The translations under genes and the position numbers were made by a program. A DNA stretch of 64,000 nucleotides. It comes from Lama glama (taxonomy: Eukaryota). Under the pieces are notes generated by a model. It ran no database searches, was not told where the DNA came from, and saw only the letters and a list, made by a program, of their open reading frames with translations. Location of the stretch: assembly GCA_028534125.1 (NCBI GenBank), contig CM052818.1:21516001-21580000 (forward strand), in the 5' to 3' direction. Below, piece after piece: positions 24,401-37,695 of this stretch (within the stretch, counting starts at the first letter, position 1; each line of letters opens with the position of its first letter).

Positions 24401-25589
24401 TTATTAGCCTCATTATTGTATAATGGTATTTTCTTTAATAAGTGGTCTCTTTTATATTGTAAATGTTAATGTACTTTATATTATGGTATATCCTTCTTAA
24501 CAATGTTAATTTACCTTCAAGTATTATTCATGTGCTGAATTTATATAAAGCTATAATTAAAAAAAGAGAGACATTCAAAAAGTCTCATTACTTTTGTCAT
24601 TATAACTCACCTGTATTAAAAAAGCATCTGGGAATTCATGGCATTTCCCTGGTACAACCAGCACCAAAGTGACTTGCCTACTCTGGGAATCATTTAACTA
24701 GAACACTTACAGAAGATGCTGCATATATGAATAACATATATGTCTGAAGAAAGAGTATTAATAAATGGTCCAAGAAAGTAAATCTTTTAGAAATACACTC
24801 CTTGAAATAGGTCCAGCATCAAACTCAAGCATTCTTTTCACAGAAACTGAATGAATGAATGTTCTTTGCCATATTTTTGTCTTGATTAGGATGAGTACTG
24901 AAGGTGTGGGGCTACTAAAGTGTCAGTGATTATCTTTTGAGCTGCATTTTTTAAATTGTGCAAATGAGGCTATTTGGGGGCACATCGTAAGCAGTCGCTA
25001 GCTTCAACAGTGCACTTACTATTATTCTTGACTCCCCTCTCGCACTAAACCTAACAAGTTACTCCTCAGACCTGGGTACCCCCACCAGCCACGTTCTCCT
25101 CACCTGCTCCTATGACTATTAAATGCAATCAATGTAAGTCACAAATCACCTGGACTTTAAGCAGTGACCACACTCATACCAGACCCTCATGTAGTCCAAC
25201 ACGCTTTCTATCTTTCAGTAAATATCCTTCACTATTCAAACTTGCCCCTGACCCTTCATTTTCAGCAGGCGACTGCTTCCCAAGTCACTGAAATATATTG
25301 AGGCCACTGAGCACTACTACATCTCATAACTTTTATCTTCCCTACTTCAGATTCCCTGGCTCTTCTTTCGTTTCTGCCTCTTCTCTCTTCTGTTTTTTAT
25401 TTCATCCATTTCATCTTCTCCACCATCTGTGCCCTCTCTATGTTCAACACCTCCATAGGGATGCTCACATCTCCCAGATTTGGATATAGCAGGTCACCAG
25501 GAAGGGAGATGCCTAGTGAGTAGCTTAAGAGTCTGACATATACTTTATAAGGAGTCAAAAAAATTGCTGGAAAAGTAAATGAATGACTA

Positions 25590-26790
25590 AATATTGAATA
25601 AAGTTCTATAAAGGTTTCATGCTATGTGAACCCACAGGCAAAAAAAAAAGCAACAAAAAGTATAAGGATATTTATAAAATAAATCTAACAAAAATGAAAA
25701 CACAAAAGAACACCTAAATAAATGGAGAGACACGCCACATTCTTAGATGGAAGCAGTCAGTATTGTAATGATGTTATTACTTCATTATCAAATTATAAGT
25801 TAATGCAACTTCAAACAAAATCACAATTTGTATTGACAATATACATACACTTTTTTTTTTTTCCTGCACTGGTATATGGGGTCTTGATCCTGGAGAGACT
25901 GCTCCTTCTAGGGCAAGCTAATTCCTAGAGAAAGCAAATGACTCCCCTTGCAAGAGTGCCTTTGATATACAAACCAACCAATCCAGAGCCCACAACCCCA
26001 ACCAACTCTTTTACCAAATTCTCACACATCAAATCAATATTTTCCCTGCTCTAAGCCACCCCAGGGTCAGGTACTAGAAAATTAGGGACCACCCTTATAG
26101 CCCAGAACCAACCAAAATTATTCAAACTACACAACACTAAGCTAACTCAACATATCTGCCCTGCTTCACCCATTCCTTCCCATGAAAACTCCAATAAAGC
26201 CTCGGGGCCATGCTCTCCCCTCTCCTCTTCTGCTTCCTATCTGACCCTGGTGCCTCCCCATGTGGCCCTGCATAGCATGCTCTGCCTCCTGCTCCTAGAG
26301 ATCGGTGAGTATAAGCTTCTTCCTTCATGACAATCATTTCTCTATCTGCGTGTCTTACCATACACGATTAAAACAAATCCTAAGCACATTTTAATACTCA
26401 ACTTGTATTTTTTAATTCAATAAACAGATTCAAATGTTCACCTGGAAGAATAAATAAAGACAGTCAAAAATTTTTAAATAGAAGACTAATTTTAAATAGA
26501 AGAATTTCTGCCTGATCAGAAATCAAAATATAACTATAAATATATATTAATTAAAGGAGAAACAGTCAAATCAGTGAAACAGAACACAGCATCCAGAAAC
26601 AGACACACTTACATACATGGATATAGTGTATGATAAAGATTATATTTCAAAACAGTGAAACAAAGATGAACTATTTAATACATTTTGTTTGAACAAATGG
26701 AAGACCATATAGAAAAAATACATTTGGAATCTTAGCTCATATCATATGCAAAACTAATTTCCAGATGGAATCATATGCTTCAAAATGTTT
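25590..26790 (+). mobile_element. Old L1 ORF2 fragment interrupted by MER74
   Basis: AAATAAATCTAACAAAA...CTAAATAAATGGAGAGACACGCCACATTCTTAGATGGAAG...GAAACAGAACACAGCATCCAGAAACAGAC. Confidence 0.75.
25829..26397 (+). mobile_element. MER74-family (ERVL) solo LTR
   Basis: TGTATT start; CAAACCAACCAATCCAGAGCCCAC; AAATTATTCAAACTA; AATAAA at ~26193; GACCCTGGTGCCTCCCCATGTGGCCCTGC. Confidence 0.85.
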
Positions 26791-27146
26791 AAAATGAAAT
26801 TCTGACCCATATTACCACAAGGATGAACCTTGAAGATACTATGCTAAGAGGAATAAGCCAGTTACAAAGGGCAAATATTGGGTGATTCCACTTATACGAG
26901 GTACCTCGGGTAGTCAAATTCATAGAGACACAAAGTAGAATAGTGGTTGCCAAGAACTGAAGGGAGGAGGGAATGGGGATTTATTGTTTAATGGAAATGG
27001 AGTTTCGGTTTGGGGAGATGAAAAAGTTCTGAGGATGGATGGTGGTGATGGTTGCACAACAATGTGACTTAATGGCACTGAACCATACACTTAAAAATGG
27101 TTAAAATGGTAAACTTTATGTTATGTATATTTTATCACAATAAAAA
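26790..27146 (+). mobile_element. L1MB-like 3' end
   Basis: GGATGAACCTTGAAGATACTATGCTAAG...GTAGTCAAATTCATAGAGACA...GGATGGTGGTGATGGTTGCACAAC...TTTTATCACAATAAAAA. Confidence 0.9.
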
Positions 27147-29999
27147 TATTTTAAAATAGTAGAGTATTTGTCAATAATTCATGAAGATAGTTCATAAATG
27201 AGTGACATGTCAGACACAATGTTCTAATGAATTATTTCATATGTTAATGTCATCTCAAAATAAGCTCTGTAAGACCCATAATTTCTATTTCTTGTTATTT
27301 CTTTATTTATATCCAAGATTATATCAAAGAATGCCTTCAAACAATATTATATGAATAATATTCATTATGAATGACTGTGCAAATAAATGAAACTCACTAC
27401 ATATATGGATTTGTAAAGTAGTTGTTAAGTCCTAGAAACAAGAGAATACATAGGATTGCTACACACAGATATTATATTAATTTTTTAAAAAGATGCCTAG
27501 CTACTAACTGAAAAGAGCAGACTAGATTTAAACTAGAACAATGTTTTAGTTTCATTTCCATAGACCTAAGTCTGTGTCTGTTTATTTGAATGCATATTAA
27601 AATATTAGTAAAACGTGACATCAAGAATTATCCCACTGGGACAAATTCTTGCCTCCCTCAAGTTTTAAGGAATTCTCACCTCTTTCATCTCACCTTTACA
27701 AATTCTTTATTTTTCTATCTAAAAGAAACAAGTAAAAATAAACTTCTAGTTAAAGTCTACATCTTTCTATATCACTATACAAATCTACCTTTTTATTCAG
27801 GTGTTACCTCTTAAATTCCATTACATTAGTAAAAAGGACTGGATTTAAAATATCAGCTCTAGTTCCCCCAAAGCAAAAGAAAGATTGCATTAAACATGGT
27901 TTCGTTTGTTGATCCTAAAATCCCTTTTAACCTTGCCACCATGCTCTGAATCTAAGCACTTATGAATTTCAGATTATCTAACCTTTAGCTCAAAACATTT
28001 TTAACCTTTATTTTTTGTCTCAATAAGTGCCTGTCTTAAAGTACAATAGGACTAAAAACCAGTAGGCTGTCTTTTGAAGTTAAAATATGTAACAGCACTC
28101 TGATACCCTACCAATCTCTGAAGATCTTCTTTTCAAAACATGGTCCTCCAGTCCGTGTATTCATAAGCTAAATGGAATCACATTATACAGTAGTACAGAT
28201 TGTTTTCAAAATAGCCTGGTGGTCTGTTTTTGTTGGTTTGCTTTTAATCTTTTAGAAAGTAGAATTAGTCACACCAAACTATTTAAAAATTAGGCAACTT
28301 TGATCAAGTCTGGAAAAACAGAAGCAGGTAAGAATAGCTACCAGCGTTAGTAGCTTCCATCATAGATTGCTCCTGTTGTGGTTGGTATCAATAACAATAA
28401 ACAGTTATTTAGCTCTGACTGCACAGAAGGAACTGCCTTCCCCCATGTAAATGAATAGATATCTCCGTTATGGGGAGACTCAGATTATAGTATTTTGTTA
28501 AATTCCTGGAATGCAATTGTTTGAAAGAAGATGATAAATCTATTCCTCTAACAGATTTAGTATTGCCACAGGGATTTCATCGTAGTTCAGTCATAAATTA
28601 ATTGCACAGTAGATTTATTCATCTATCATTCTCCCATAACAAGTCTGATCATGATTGCTTTGTATGTCTCCATTTGGCACACTGGGGTTTTCTTCGTTTA
28701 ACAAGATTATTTATTAATCAGGCATTTATTGAATAAGTTTTAAAGGAACTCAGTGGGTCTGAGACAGAGTGCATTAGATCTATCATTAGGATTATTTTAA
28801 TTTCAGGTATTCCTTTAAGTGGGCCTCATTGTATTTGGGGGAAATATTACTCATAAGATGGGTATTTTCTCTTAAATACACTTATCCTGGCTTTATGAAA
28901 TACCTGATATGGAGATAATCCACTTAAAAAGAAAAAAATTAACTATGTAGCATCTCTATGAATTTGGTATTTAGAGGGCAAAAACCACTTCTAAATTAAT
29001 ATCCGATAAAGAATAATCCTAGTTAAGAAATACAATCCTCCTTGATCCAAATGGCAACTTTGAAAAAAAGGAAACCAATAACTATAAAAACTCCCCACAC
29101 AAATAAAATTTACCGGTTGCGATAAAATTCACATTATCAAACTGATATGCCATTTTGCCTTATCCCAGGCAAAAACTGTCATTGCAACAGAGAGCATTTT
29201 ATTTGCGGACTAAATGAGTAATGACTGCACTTGAAGCTAATGCACAGAGAAAACTGAGGAAAGAGGATTGGCAATGACCAGGGCTCAAGCTTCCCTTGGT
29301 AACTACACTCCTTGAATATTCTAACCCACATCGATCACACCAGCCACCACCTCCACAAAGAGGGAGACATGAAAAACTGAGAGACGAGATGGGGGGAGAG
29401 ATAAGAAGAGAGGCAGGAAAATTATGGAATTTGAGAATTGGAAGGGATTTTACAGAACTACTGATGGAGAGTGATAATAGTAATAGTATATAGATTGGGA
29501 ATGTACAGTTATTAAGCAAAATTCATTTTGAAAGTAGGAAAAATATCAAAGTGACTCAGAATCATCTGAAATGAATATATTCCATTGGATTACATATGCA
29601 AATTTTGTGAAATGCTCCAACAACACCGCCATTACTATAATAAGCTGTAAGAAGCCTATGATATTTGCATCTTGATGTAGAGACCTTTACCATATAAGCA
29701 GAAATATTGCAAGTAACTTAACTTAAAACTTTTGAAAATGAAAGCATTTATTTTGAAGCAGTGAGATGATATTATAATCAGTTATTAACAGTTTTCCTAC
29801 TGAGTTGTCTCTGGGTACAATAGTTCTATGAATAAAAATCACACCTTCCTGTGTTTTATTCATGAGGCCGAGTCTCTCAGAACACATACTTAGTTTGGGG
29901 TTCTGTCAACAATTAATCTAAACAATCCAAAAATTAAGGTAAGATGGCCAGAGCGGTCAGCTGAAATTCTGAGACTGCCTTAAAGACAGGCATTTCAAC

Positions 30000-30703
30000 C
30001 ACTATCATCGCATCTAAGCCAAGACTTGACTACTCTGCTTGAAAAATATATCTTGAACGCTTCCACTTTTCTCCCTTCTGTCTCTTCCCTCACTGTCTCC
30101 CTTGTCCCTGTTCTCTGATCTGGGCGTCTGCAGTAGCCTCTCTCAGAATCCAGGCCCCGCTCCAGCCCTAGTCCTTTGTGCACTCTAACCAGGGGTTCTT
30201 TAAAAGTACCAGGCTGTGTGTGTCACTCCCCCAGCTTTGCTTCAGTGTCTTCCCATTGCTTTTAGGATAAAGGCCAAAAATCCCTGCCATGACCCATGAG
30301 GCTCTGCAAAGTCTGGCTCTTTCTCTTTCCTCCCCTGTTTCGCTCACCTGCTCCAGCCAAGCTGACCTTTTTAGACTTTTAGTTCCTTCAGCACCAAGCT
30401 CCTTGCTACCTCTGCGACTTTGCAAATGCTCTGCCAGCCTCTACAACACTTTGCCCCACATTTTCGCCAATGCATCCTTTAGATTTAGGCTTAACTGTCA
30501 TTTCCCCAGGAATGCATCCCTTGATCACCACAGCTCTCCCCTAGCAAAGTTGGATCTCCTTATAAATTCTAATAACAACTTTTATCATAATTGGAAGTAA
30601 ACAACCTTTCTGAAGTATGCTTGTAACCTACTACACGAGGGCAGGAATGGAATTTTGTCTCATTTGCTAAGTAGGCACTCAATAAACACCTGCTGAATGA
30701 ATA
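30000..30703 (+). mobile_element. L2 LINE 3' portion
   Basis: CTGCAGTAGCCTC...TTCCCATTGCTTTTAGGATAAAGGCCAAAA...GTAGGCACTCAATAAACACCTGCTGAATGAAT. Confidence 0.85.
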
Positions 30704-32807
30704 ATTCTAGATCCACAGAGAGCAGTGAGCATCAACTTTGGAACTAGCTTCTACGGCTGTGCTGTTGAAGAAACAGTTAATGCCTGGCGTGGCTCCCAAA
30801 TTTCGGATTCTGACAAAAGTTGTGCTAGCAGGGTTGTGCCAAGACAACAGATATAACTTCAGAAGAAACCTGACCTGGGAAAGCCTCTCCTTTTATCTTC
30901 TTTCAATTCTCATCCCACTCATGTCTGTCTCCATCTAATAGCAATCTTTTCCTTCCAGAAAACAAGCTGAGCCCTAAATTGAGCTTCCTCCAAAAGGGAC
31001 CCCACTTCTATGAGTGCACTCGCTTAGACAATGTTACTCAAGACTCTGTGTGTGTGTGTGTGTTGTATCCTTTCTCTGACTTTATGAGAAAGGATTTACA
31101 TGCGAGAGAAGGGAAATGTTTTGAGACTCTCCTAAATGAACATAATTTTTCCATCACAGTTGATAGCTGTTGCACTGTGCAGTGCTTAGGGCAGAAATAG
31201 GAGTATTCCTGTTCAGCAAACGTCATGTCCACACAGAGGTCACCCACAGCTCTGTGGTCCTGTGGAGAGCATTTTAATATGCTGCTGACTGATGGTTGCA
31301 TTGCAAGTGTCACATAAGCCTGACAGAAGGGCTGAATTAAAGTTAATTAGGACAATCCAAGAGTTCTTCGGATAAACCAAGGCTGAGCCAGTACTGTTAA
31401 AAGAGCTGCAGGAAGGTTTCTGTTCCTCCATTAAATCATCCCAATAATTCCATACTGAGAATTGTAGATTTGACACTCTTTACAAACCCACATAGGAATC
31501 TTCTGGTCAACTGGTAACTCTCATAGGCAGAATTTACTTCTGGAATCCTGGTTCCTTTGGTGGCTGTCCTTCTCTCTCAAGCTTCTGACTTGGCTATACA
31601 ATGACCCTCCAATTCTGCTGCCACTAGGTGTTTAACCCTAGACTCTTATGTCCCTGAGAAATATTTACAGATCAGGGCCCAACTCTTATAAACACATTTA
31701 CGTCAATCCTTGTTATAAGCATAGTAGGCAGTGTCAACTGAGATGTTTAACAGGCATGCTTTCTGTTTGTCTTCAACTTTTTAAATTAAAAGCATCCACA
31801 ACTCCTCACGCTGTATCTACTCATCAATGTCAAGTGGGGTTCTCAGATTGCCAGTCAAAAAGCCTAGATTTGTTTCAATTCTGCCACAACTTCTTAACCT
31901 CTTTTCCTACGGCTGATTTTTTAAAAAATTGTGTTAACATCATAATTCACTGCTGCGGAGAAGAAAGTTGCTTGATCCTTCCACCATCAGCTAGATGCCC
32001 CTACAGTGGCCTTGTGGTTCATAGGCCTTTAGGACTGCCCCTGTGTGAGTCAAACAATAGCTCACGTAGGATCCAGCAGCCAGACTGAAAAGAAATTCCA
32101 AATTCGGCCCAAATGGACTAATTGAACTTAGCAATTTGTTCTTTTTCATTAAAAAAATACTTGTAGTATCTTTTTGTAATGCAACAATAAGCTACAACGT
32201 GGATTGCTGCAGAATTCTGGAACAAAGCCAGAGCAACAATAGCTCTTTTTCTTGAGGAATAAGACCCGTATGTCAAAATTTATCTAGAAACTCAATTTGC
32301 CTTGCTGCTTCATCATGCTAGGAGAATAACTACAAAATTATATTACTGTTCATTATGTCCAGGGGGACCCCAATTTATTATGATTCGTGCCAGAGGAATG
32401 CAGTAGCCTCAGCAATGGCTATTGCTGTGTGGAGATGTGCCAGGCTCGTAATGGTTATGAGTGGATCATAATACTATACTTGGTTTTTTGAAAATGTTTA
32501 ATTGACATGAAATATTCAACAGCCGGTAGAGTAATTTGTAATCCTCATCATTTCGGCCCCATCTAATTTATCCAACAGATTTATGGACTTTATACACCCA
32601 CTCATGCACTCACACACAAATACATGTTGTTGTATGACAACACAATATTGGATGGCAAACTAGCTCTATGTGAAAAGAGCTGAAATAGCACTGTCAACTT
32701 TTGAGAATCCAGCCTTCCGGTTTATTATTAGGGTCAAAAAAGTAACACCTGTGGCATGACTAGGACTTGATCATTTATTAATAAGACAACTGGGAGACCT
32801 TTCAAAA

Positions 32808-32985
32808 AGTGGTTTTGGCTGAACATAGACTCACCTAAGAGTTTGTTGCTTTTTAAATTCCAAACCCAGACCACACTCTATCTCACTTAAATTGAATTCC
32901 CTGGGGTGAGATCCAGGCATCAGTTTGTTTTTTTTTAAAGCTTCCCAGGTGATTGCTATGTGCAGACAAACTTCAGATCTGCTTT
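32808..32985. mobile_element. MER5A/B-type hAT MITE
   Basis: TCACCTAAGAG...CTGGGGTGAGATCCAGGCATCAG...AAAGCTTCCCAGGTGATTGCTATGTGCAG. Confidence 0.75.
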
Positions 32986-33099
32986 AGAATCTGTTTATTC
33001 TTGAGGTTGTGGGGTTTTGTTGTTGGTGGTGGTGTTTTTTTTGTAAAGTAAGTACAGCTCAGGGTGTACATAATATTGAATTATGCAATTCTCAAATGT

Positions 33100-33280
33100 C
33101 AGTTCTGTAAATGATCTAAAAAAATCACTTCATGTAAGTAGTTTCATTTTCAAGAAGGGAAGACAGAAACCCAGAGAAGTCAAGTGACTTTCCTTAGTTC
33201 TCTCAGCAAGTTAGTGACAAAGTTTTACAGCTACATCTTTGTGCTCCAACACAGGATTCTTTTCAAGAAATCGTATTGCC
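33100..33280 (-). mobile_element. MIR SINE
   Basis: CATTTTCAAGAAGGGAAGACAGAAACCCAGAGAAGTCAAGTGACTTTCC...CAGCAAGTTAGTGACA. Confidence 0.7.
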
Positions 33281-34354
33281 TGACTACTCACATTTTTGGA
33301 AAAAAATTTTACTTCTTTTTCTGATCCAATTTATGGACTTAAAAAAGTATTTGAAAGCATAGCCATTAAGCTACCTCTCTCATGTATTAATTGAATGTAA
33401 ATTAAAGTTAAGCCATTGGGAAGGGCCCTCTTGACCTGCACGAGGCTAGGAAATGTGAGAGATACAAAGATGAGACTCTACAATCCAGCATAAAAAATCA
33501 GGACAACACACATGACTCTGACAAGAGGCGGACTAAGTGAGGAAACAATGGATAGTGCTGGAACGGCTCTTTGCACCATGATTCCATCCTGTACAACCTG
33601 AACAGCACCCCGTGGGGTGGCTCAGTTCATGAGAGTCACTTACAAATAATGGTGGACACTTGCATTGAGGTAATAATACCACAAGGCCCAATCAAAAATT
33701 AGAGTATTATCAGCTTGACAAATAATAGGAACGTAAGCCTTTACAGTCTGAAGAAAGCTCTAATCAACTAATGTGCTTTGAATGTCAATTGTATTAATAA
33801 TGTGAAACTACTGCTTCTATACCTTCTGTTTAAGTTACTGTCTGTACTCTGTTCCCCTATGACAGTGTCAGGAACACAAAGGGTAATATTCTCAAAATGA
33901 AAAACAATGCAACTATTAAAATAATATTGCAGAAGAATTTTCAGTCACATTGAAATGGCCACAGTATATTTTGAAGTTTAAAAAAGTTACAGTAGAAAAC
34001 AGTACTTATAGTGTAACTCTTTAAAAAATATTAATTTTTATACATGCTTGTGGAAAATATATCTCAAAAGAGTTATAGGATTATTTTTGTAATAAAAATA
34101 TTTTAAAAGTTCAGTAGAGGCCAAGTTTTGTGAGGTTTAATTTAACCTCAGCCTTATTTTTCTCTTCATAAAATAGGAATAATATTAATTACAGCCCAGG
34201 ATTGTTGTTTAGGTCAAATGGTATAATTTTGGGTAGATTTTCTAAAAATCTTTGCATATTGTGAAATGTATACCTTATTATTTTTATCCATATCCCACCA
34301 CCAACATCAACACCCCCAGTACTGATGGATGCAAGTCCTCTTAAGCAGGCTAGA

Positions 34355-34585
34355 GAGGTGGGAATACTATATTTTAAGAACATGGCTTTGGAGACATAGG
34401 AATCCTGGTTACTAGCTGTATGACCTTAGGCAACTTTCCCAACCTCTCTAGAGCCTCAGTTTCCTCATCTGAGAAATGGAGATAATAATAATACCTATCT
34501 CACAGGGCTACGGTAAGGATTAAATGAGTTAACACTTGCATTTGGCATATGAATGAAAGCTCATGAAGTATTAGCTATTATTGTT
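34355..34585 (+). mobile_element. MIR SINE
   Basis: TACTAGCTGTATGACCTTAGGCAAC...GCCTCAGTTTCCTCATCTGAGAAATGGAGATAATAATA...GGATTAAATGAG. Confidence 0.92.
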
Positions 34586-35350
34586 GTTAATAACTGTGCT
34601 GCTGTTATACTACTAACAATTATAATTGTACACAAAGCAAATGGATTAGAAGACAAAAAAAGATAAACAGAAAAACAAAACTAGTTTATCGTGAAAGTGC
34701 TCTGGATTTGAAATTCTGATGTGGTACCCAGGGTGGAGTGGGAAGGGGTGAGGAGTCATTAGCCCTTCTCAGTAGTTCAACACATCAGAGGAATCCTGAT
34801 TCAAAGTCCTCAGCTATGTGACAAGTTACAAAGCCCCTGGCAGAATATTCCAATAAACCTCCTACCAACTTGACCTTGTATTTTCATGCTGTTCACACTC
34901 ATTACCGTAAAAGCAACACCACCACCACTGCTGCTTCACCACGACCATCATCTCTACCTTAACTACCCTAAATGGAGGCTTGATTTTTTTTCTCCTATTT
35001 ACATTCTCCAGCCCTGTCCAGGGATCATTTCTCTACTTCGTCACTGTCCTGTGACTTCCAAGAATTTCCCTAATCAATCCATGCCGTCCTTGCCTTGCAC
35101 CAGATAATTCCACTTCCTTGTACATTTAGAAGCATCAGATCTACTTTATTCTGTCACAAGTGAGTAAGGAGGCCCAATGGGACCACATTCTAAGGTTTGT
35201 CATTCATGTCTTAGTTGCATGGCTGAACTGATTGAGGAAAAATAGGAATATTAAGGCCTACAGGTATGACTTAGAAGAATTATACTGGGAGAGGTCACCT
35301 GGTCATCTCAAGAGAAACCGCAGGGGAAAAAAAAACGGTCAAATGCAGAT

Positions 35351-35806
35351 TGTGATGCCCTGACTGGGCCATGGGTGCCCAGATTAAACATTATTTCTCC
35401 ATGTGTCTGCAAGGGTGCTTCTGGGTGAGATTAGCATCTGAATGAATGGACTTGTAAATTGCCCTCGCTGTTGTGGGTGGGCATCATCCAATCCCTTAAG
35501 GGTCTGAATAGAACAAAAAGAGGAGGAAAGGAGGATTTATTTCCTTCTGGCATGCCTGCTTTGCTCTGACATGGTCTTCTGCTCTTGGACTGAGCTTTAC
35601 ACCATTAGCTCCCCAGGTCCTCAGGCCTTCAGACCTGGACTGGAATTACACCACCAGCTGTGCTGGGTCTTCAGATGCAGATGGCAGGTGGGGGGGCTTC
35701 CAAGCCTCTATAATCATGTGAGCAAATTCCTCGTAATAAATCTCCATCTATATACATATCTATCTCCTATTGGTTCTGTTTCTCTGGAGAACCCTGACTC
35801 ACATAC
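35351..35806 (+). mobile_element. MLT2 (ERVL) LTR
   Basis: TGTGATG start; GAGATTAGCATCTGAAT; GTGGGTGGGCATCATCCAATCC; TCTCCTATTGGTTCTGTTTCTCTGGAGAACCCTGACT. Confidence 0.9.
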
Positions 35807-36029
35807 CTATATACCAATTTATAGAGATGAACAATGATTAAATCATATGTTAAAAATATATCCATCTATATAAAAATCTAATACAAAATAGAGATTAAGA
35901 AAGGAAAACAGTAATGATAGTCTTATGAGAGTATATATACTATAAACCACCAGTCAGATAAAGAATTAAGATTTACAATTAAATCTAGACACAAAGTTGA
36001 CATTTTGGTAAGATGTAGTAGTGATGACG

Positions 36030-37695
36030 AGTTTCACTTCACCAGACTTATGCTGTGGGAACCTATAAAACACAATGTCAGAAAGGCTAAACTCCAGAAT
36101 GCTGAAGTTTGCAAGAAGAAAGAAAAAATGATAAAGATCACAAAAGTTGTTTGGAACAAGAAGATAAACAAGAATGTTGCAGAACCAGTGTCCAGGGTGT
36201 GCACTCTAATAATAAAGGGTGATAGGAAGAAGGCAGAACTTATCAACTCCTTTTTTGGCTCTGATTTAATTTTCTCTCTGGGATGGGTAGAATAAGAATC
36301 AAAAAGAAGAACTCAAAGCCCCCAACTAAGATGTAAGATAGTAAGAAAACAGCATGAAGTCACTTCAAATGAATTCATGTTCGCAACCTGAGACCAACTG
36401 CATCCCAGGTTACTAAAAGAATTTTAGGGCAAATGTGTTGAATCAATATTAGGAACTTTGAGACATCCCAAAGAACAGGGGAGGTGCCAGGAGAATGGAA
36501 ATGTAATAGGCTATGTTCAGATTCTTTTAAAAGGTAAAGATCAGGTAACAGTATAGCCAAAGGGCATAACCAGTGTCCATACCTACCCCCTGCCCCAAAC
36601 TGTAGCTATTAATAAATGAAAGTATGCCAAACTCAACTCACATCCTTTTTTAATGATTATTTAACAGATCAATCAGGCTGTCATTCAGAGAATGCCAGAG
36701 TATCTCTTGATTTCAAGAAGACATTTAACTAACCCTCAGGAAGATCCTTATGGACAAGATCAAGACCAACCAGCCCAATTAGTTGACGGATGTCAACTTG
36801 TCTTAGGAGAAACTTCTTAGAATGGTGTATTTAGATCTAGCCTATTCAAAAATTTTTACTGACAACTTGAAAAGAGACTTCACAGGCAAATTTACAGACT
36901 ATTTTTCCAATAGCCCAAAGCATTTTTATTCTAATGAATAAAAATTTGAATTGACTTTGATTGGTATAAAATTGAGTTAGGAACCAATAAATTCAAATTC
37001 AAGTGAAATTCAGCAGGTAGACATATAAAGAAACTAATTTATCTTAAAACAACAAAAAATCAAACACCATGTACAAATTAGAGAAGATTCAGCTTGTTAG
37101 CAGTTCAAATGAAAAAGATGATTCTCAATATCCCTAAAGTGCTTTTTCATGAACCAACTATGTAATTCTAGTTCTACCAACCGTTTCAGGCACTGTGCTA
37201 GACCCTTTCACCTGCTCCCTAATTAGGCTTCAGTAAGTAGATAGAGGGTCCAGATGCACAGATGCAGTAGTCCATCATACTGGACTCTGTGCAAGACACA
37301 TCTTTTAAAGGGATAACAGATTTGGCAGAGACAAGGGTGAAAAGTCAAAGACTATGTGAAAAAAACAAGTTTTGTGCAAAATAGAAATTCTAAGTCTGAA
37401 GAAATAAAGACTCAGAAAAGCCATGAGAATTATCATCAAATACATGAAGGACTCTCATGAAAACAGGGCAGGTCTCTAGAGAGCAGGACAGAATGTATAT
37501 TATAACAGAGAGAAACATTTAGGCTCATTATGGTGAACATTTCTTCACACCTGCAACAGTTAAACCATGTGCACTTACTACTAGTGGAAATGCTCATTAA
37601 TCTGTCAAGATGTTTACTGGAGGGGTTCCTGCACTGGGAGAAAGCTAGATGACTGTCCAGTCCCTTCCAACATGATCATGCCATGATTCTGTGAA
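36030..37695 (+). mobile_element. CR1/L3 LINE, ORF2 remnant to 3' end
   Basis: KKAELINSFFGS (CR1 EKAE.LN.FFAS); DQLHPRLLKE; CQTQL..; 3' terminus CAGTCCCTTCCAAC...ATGATTCTGTGA. Confidence 0.8.

Noticed and set aside
28256..28327. + strand 72-nt segment with strong acceptor and CAG|GTAAG donor
   Set aside because: Stops in all three frames; no other support.
31648..32088. 146-aa ORF
   Set aside because: Cys/Ser-rich random-looking composition, no recognisable domain or gene structure.
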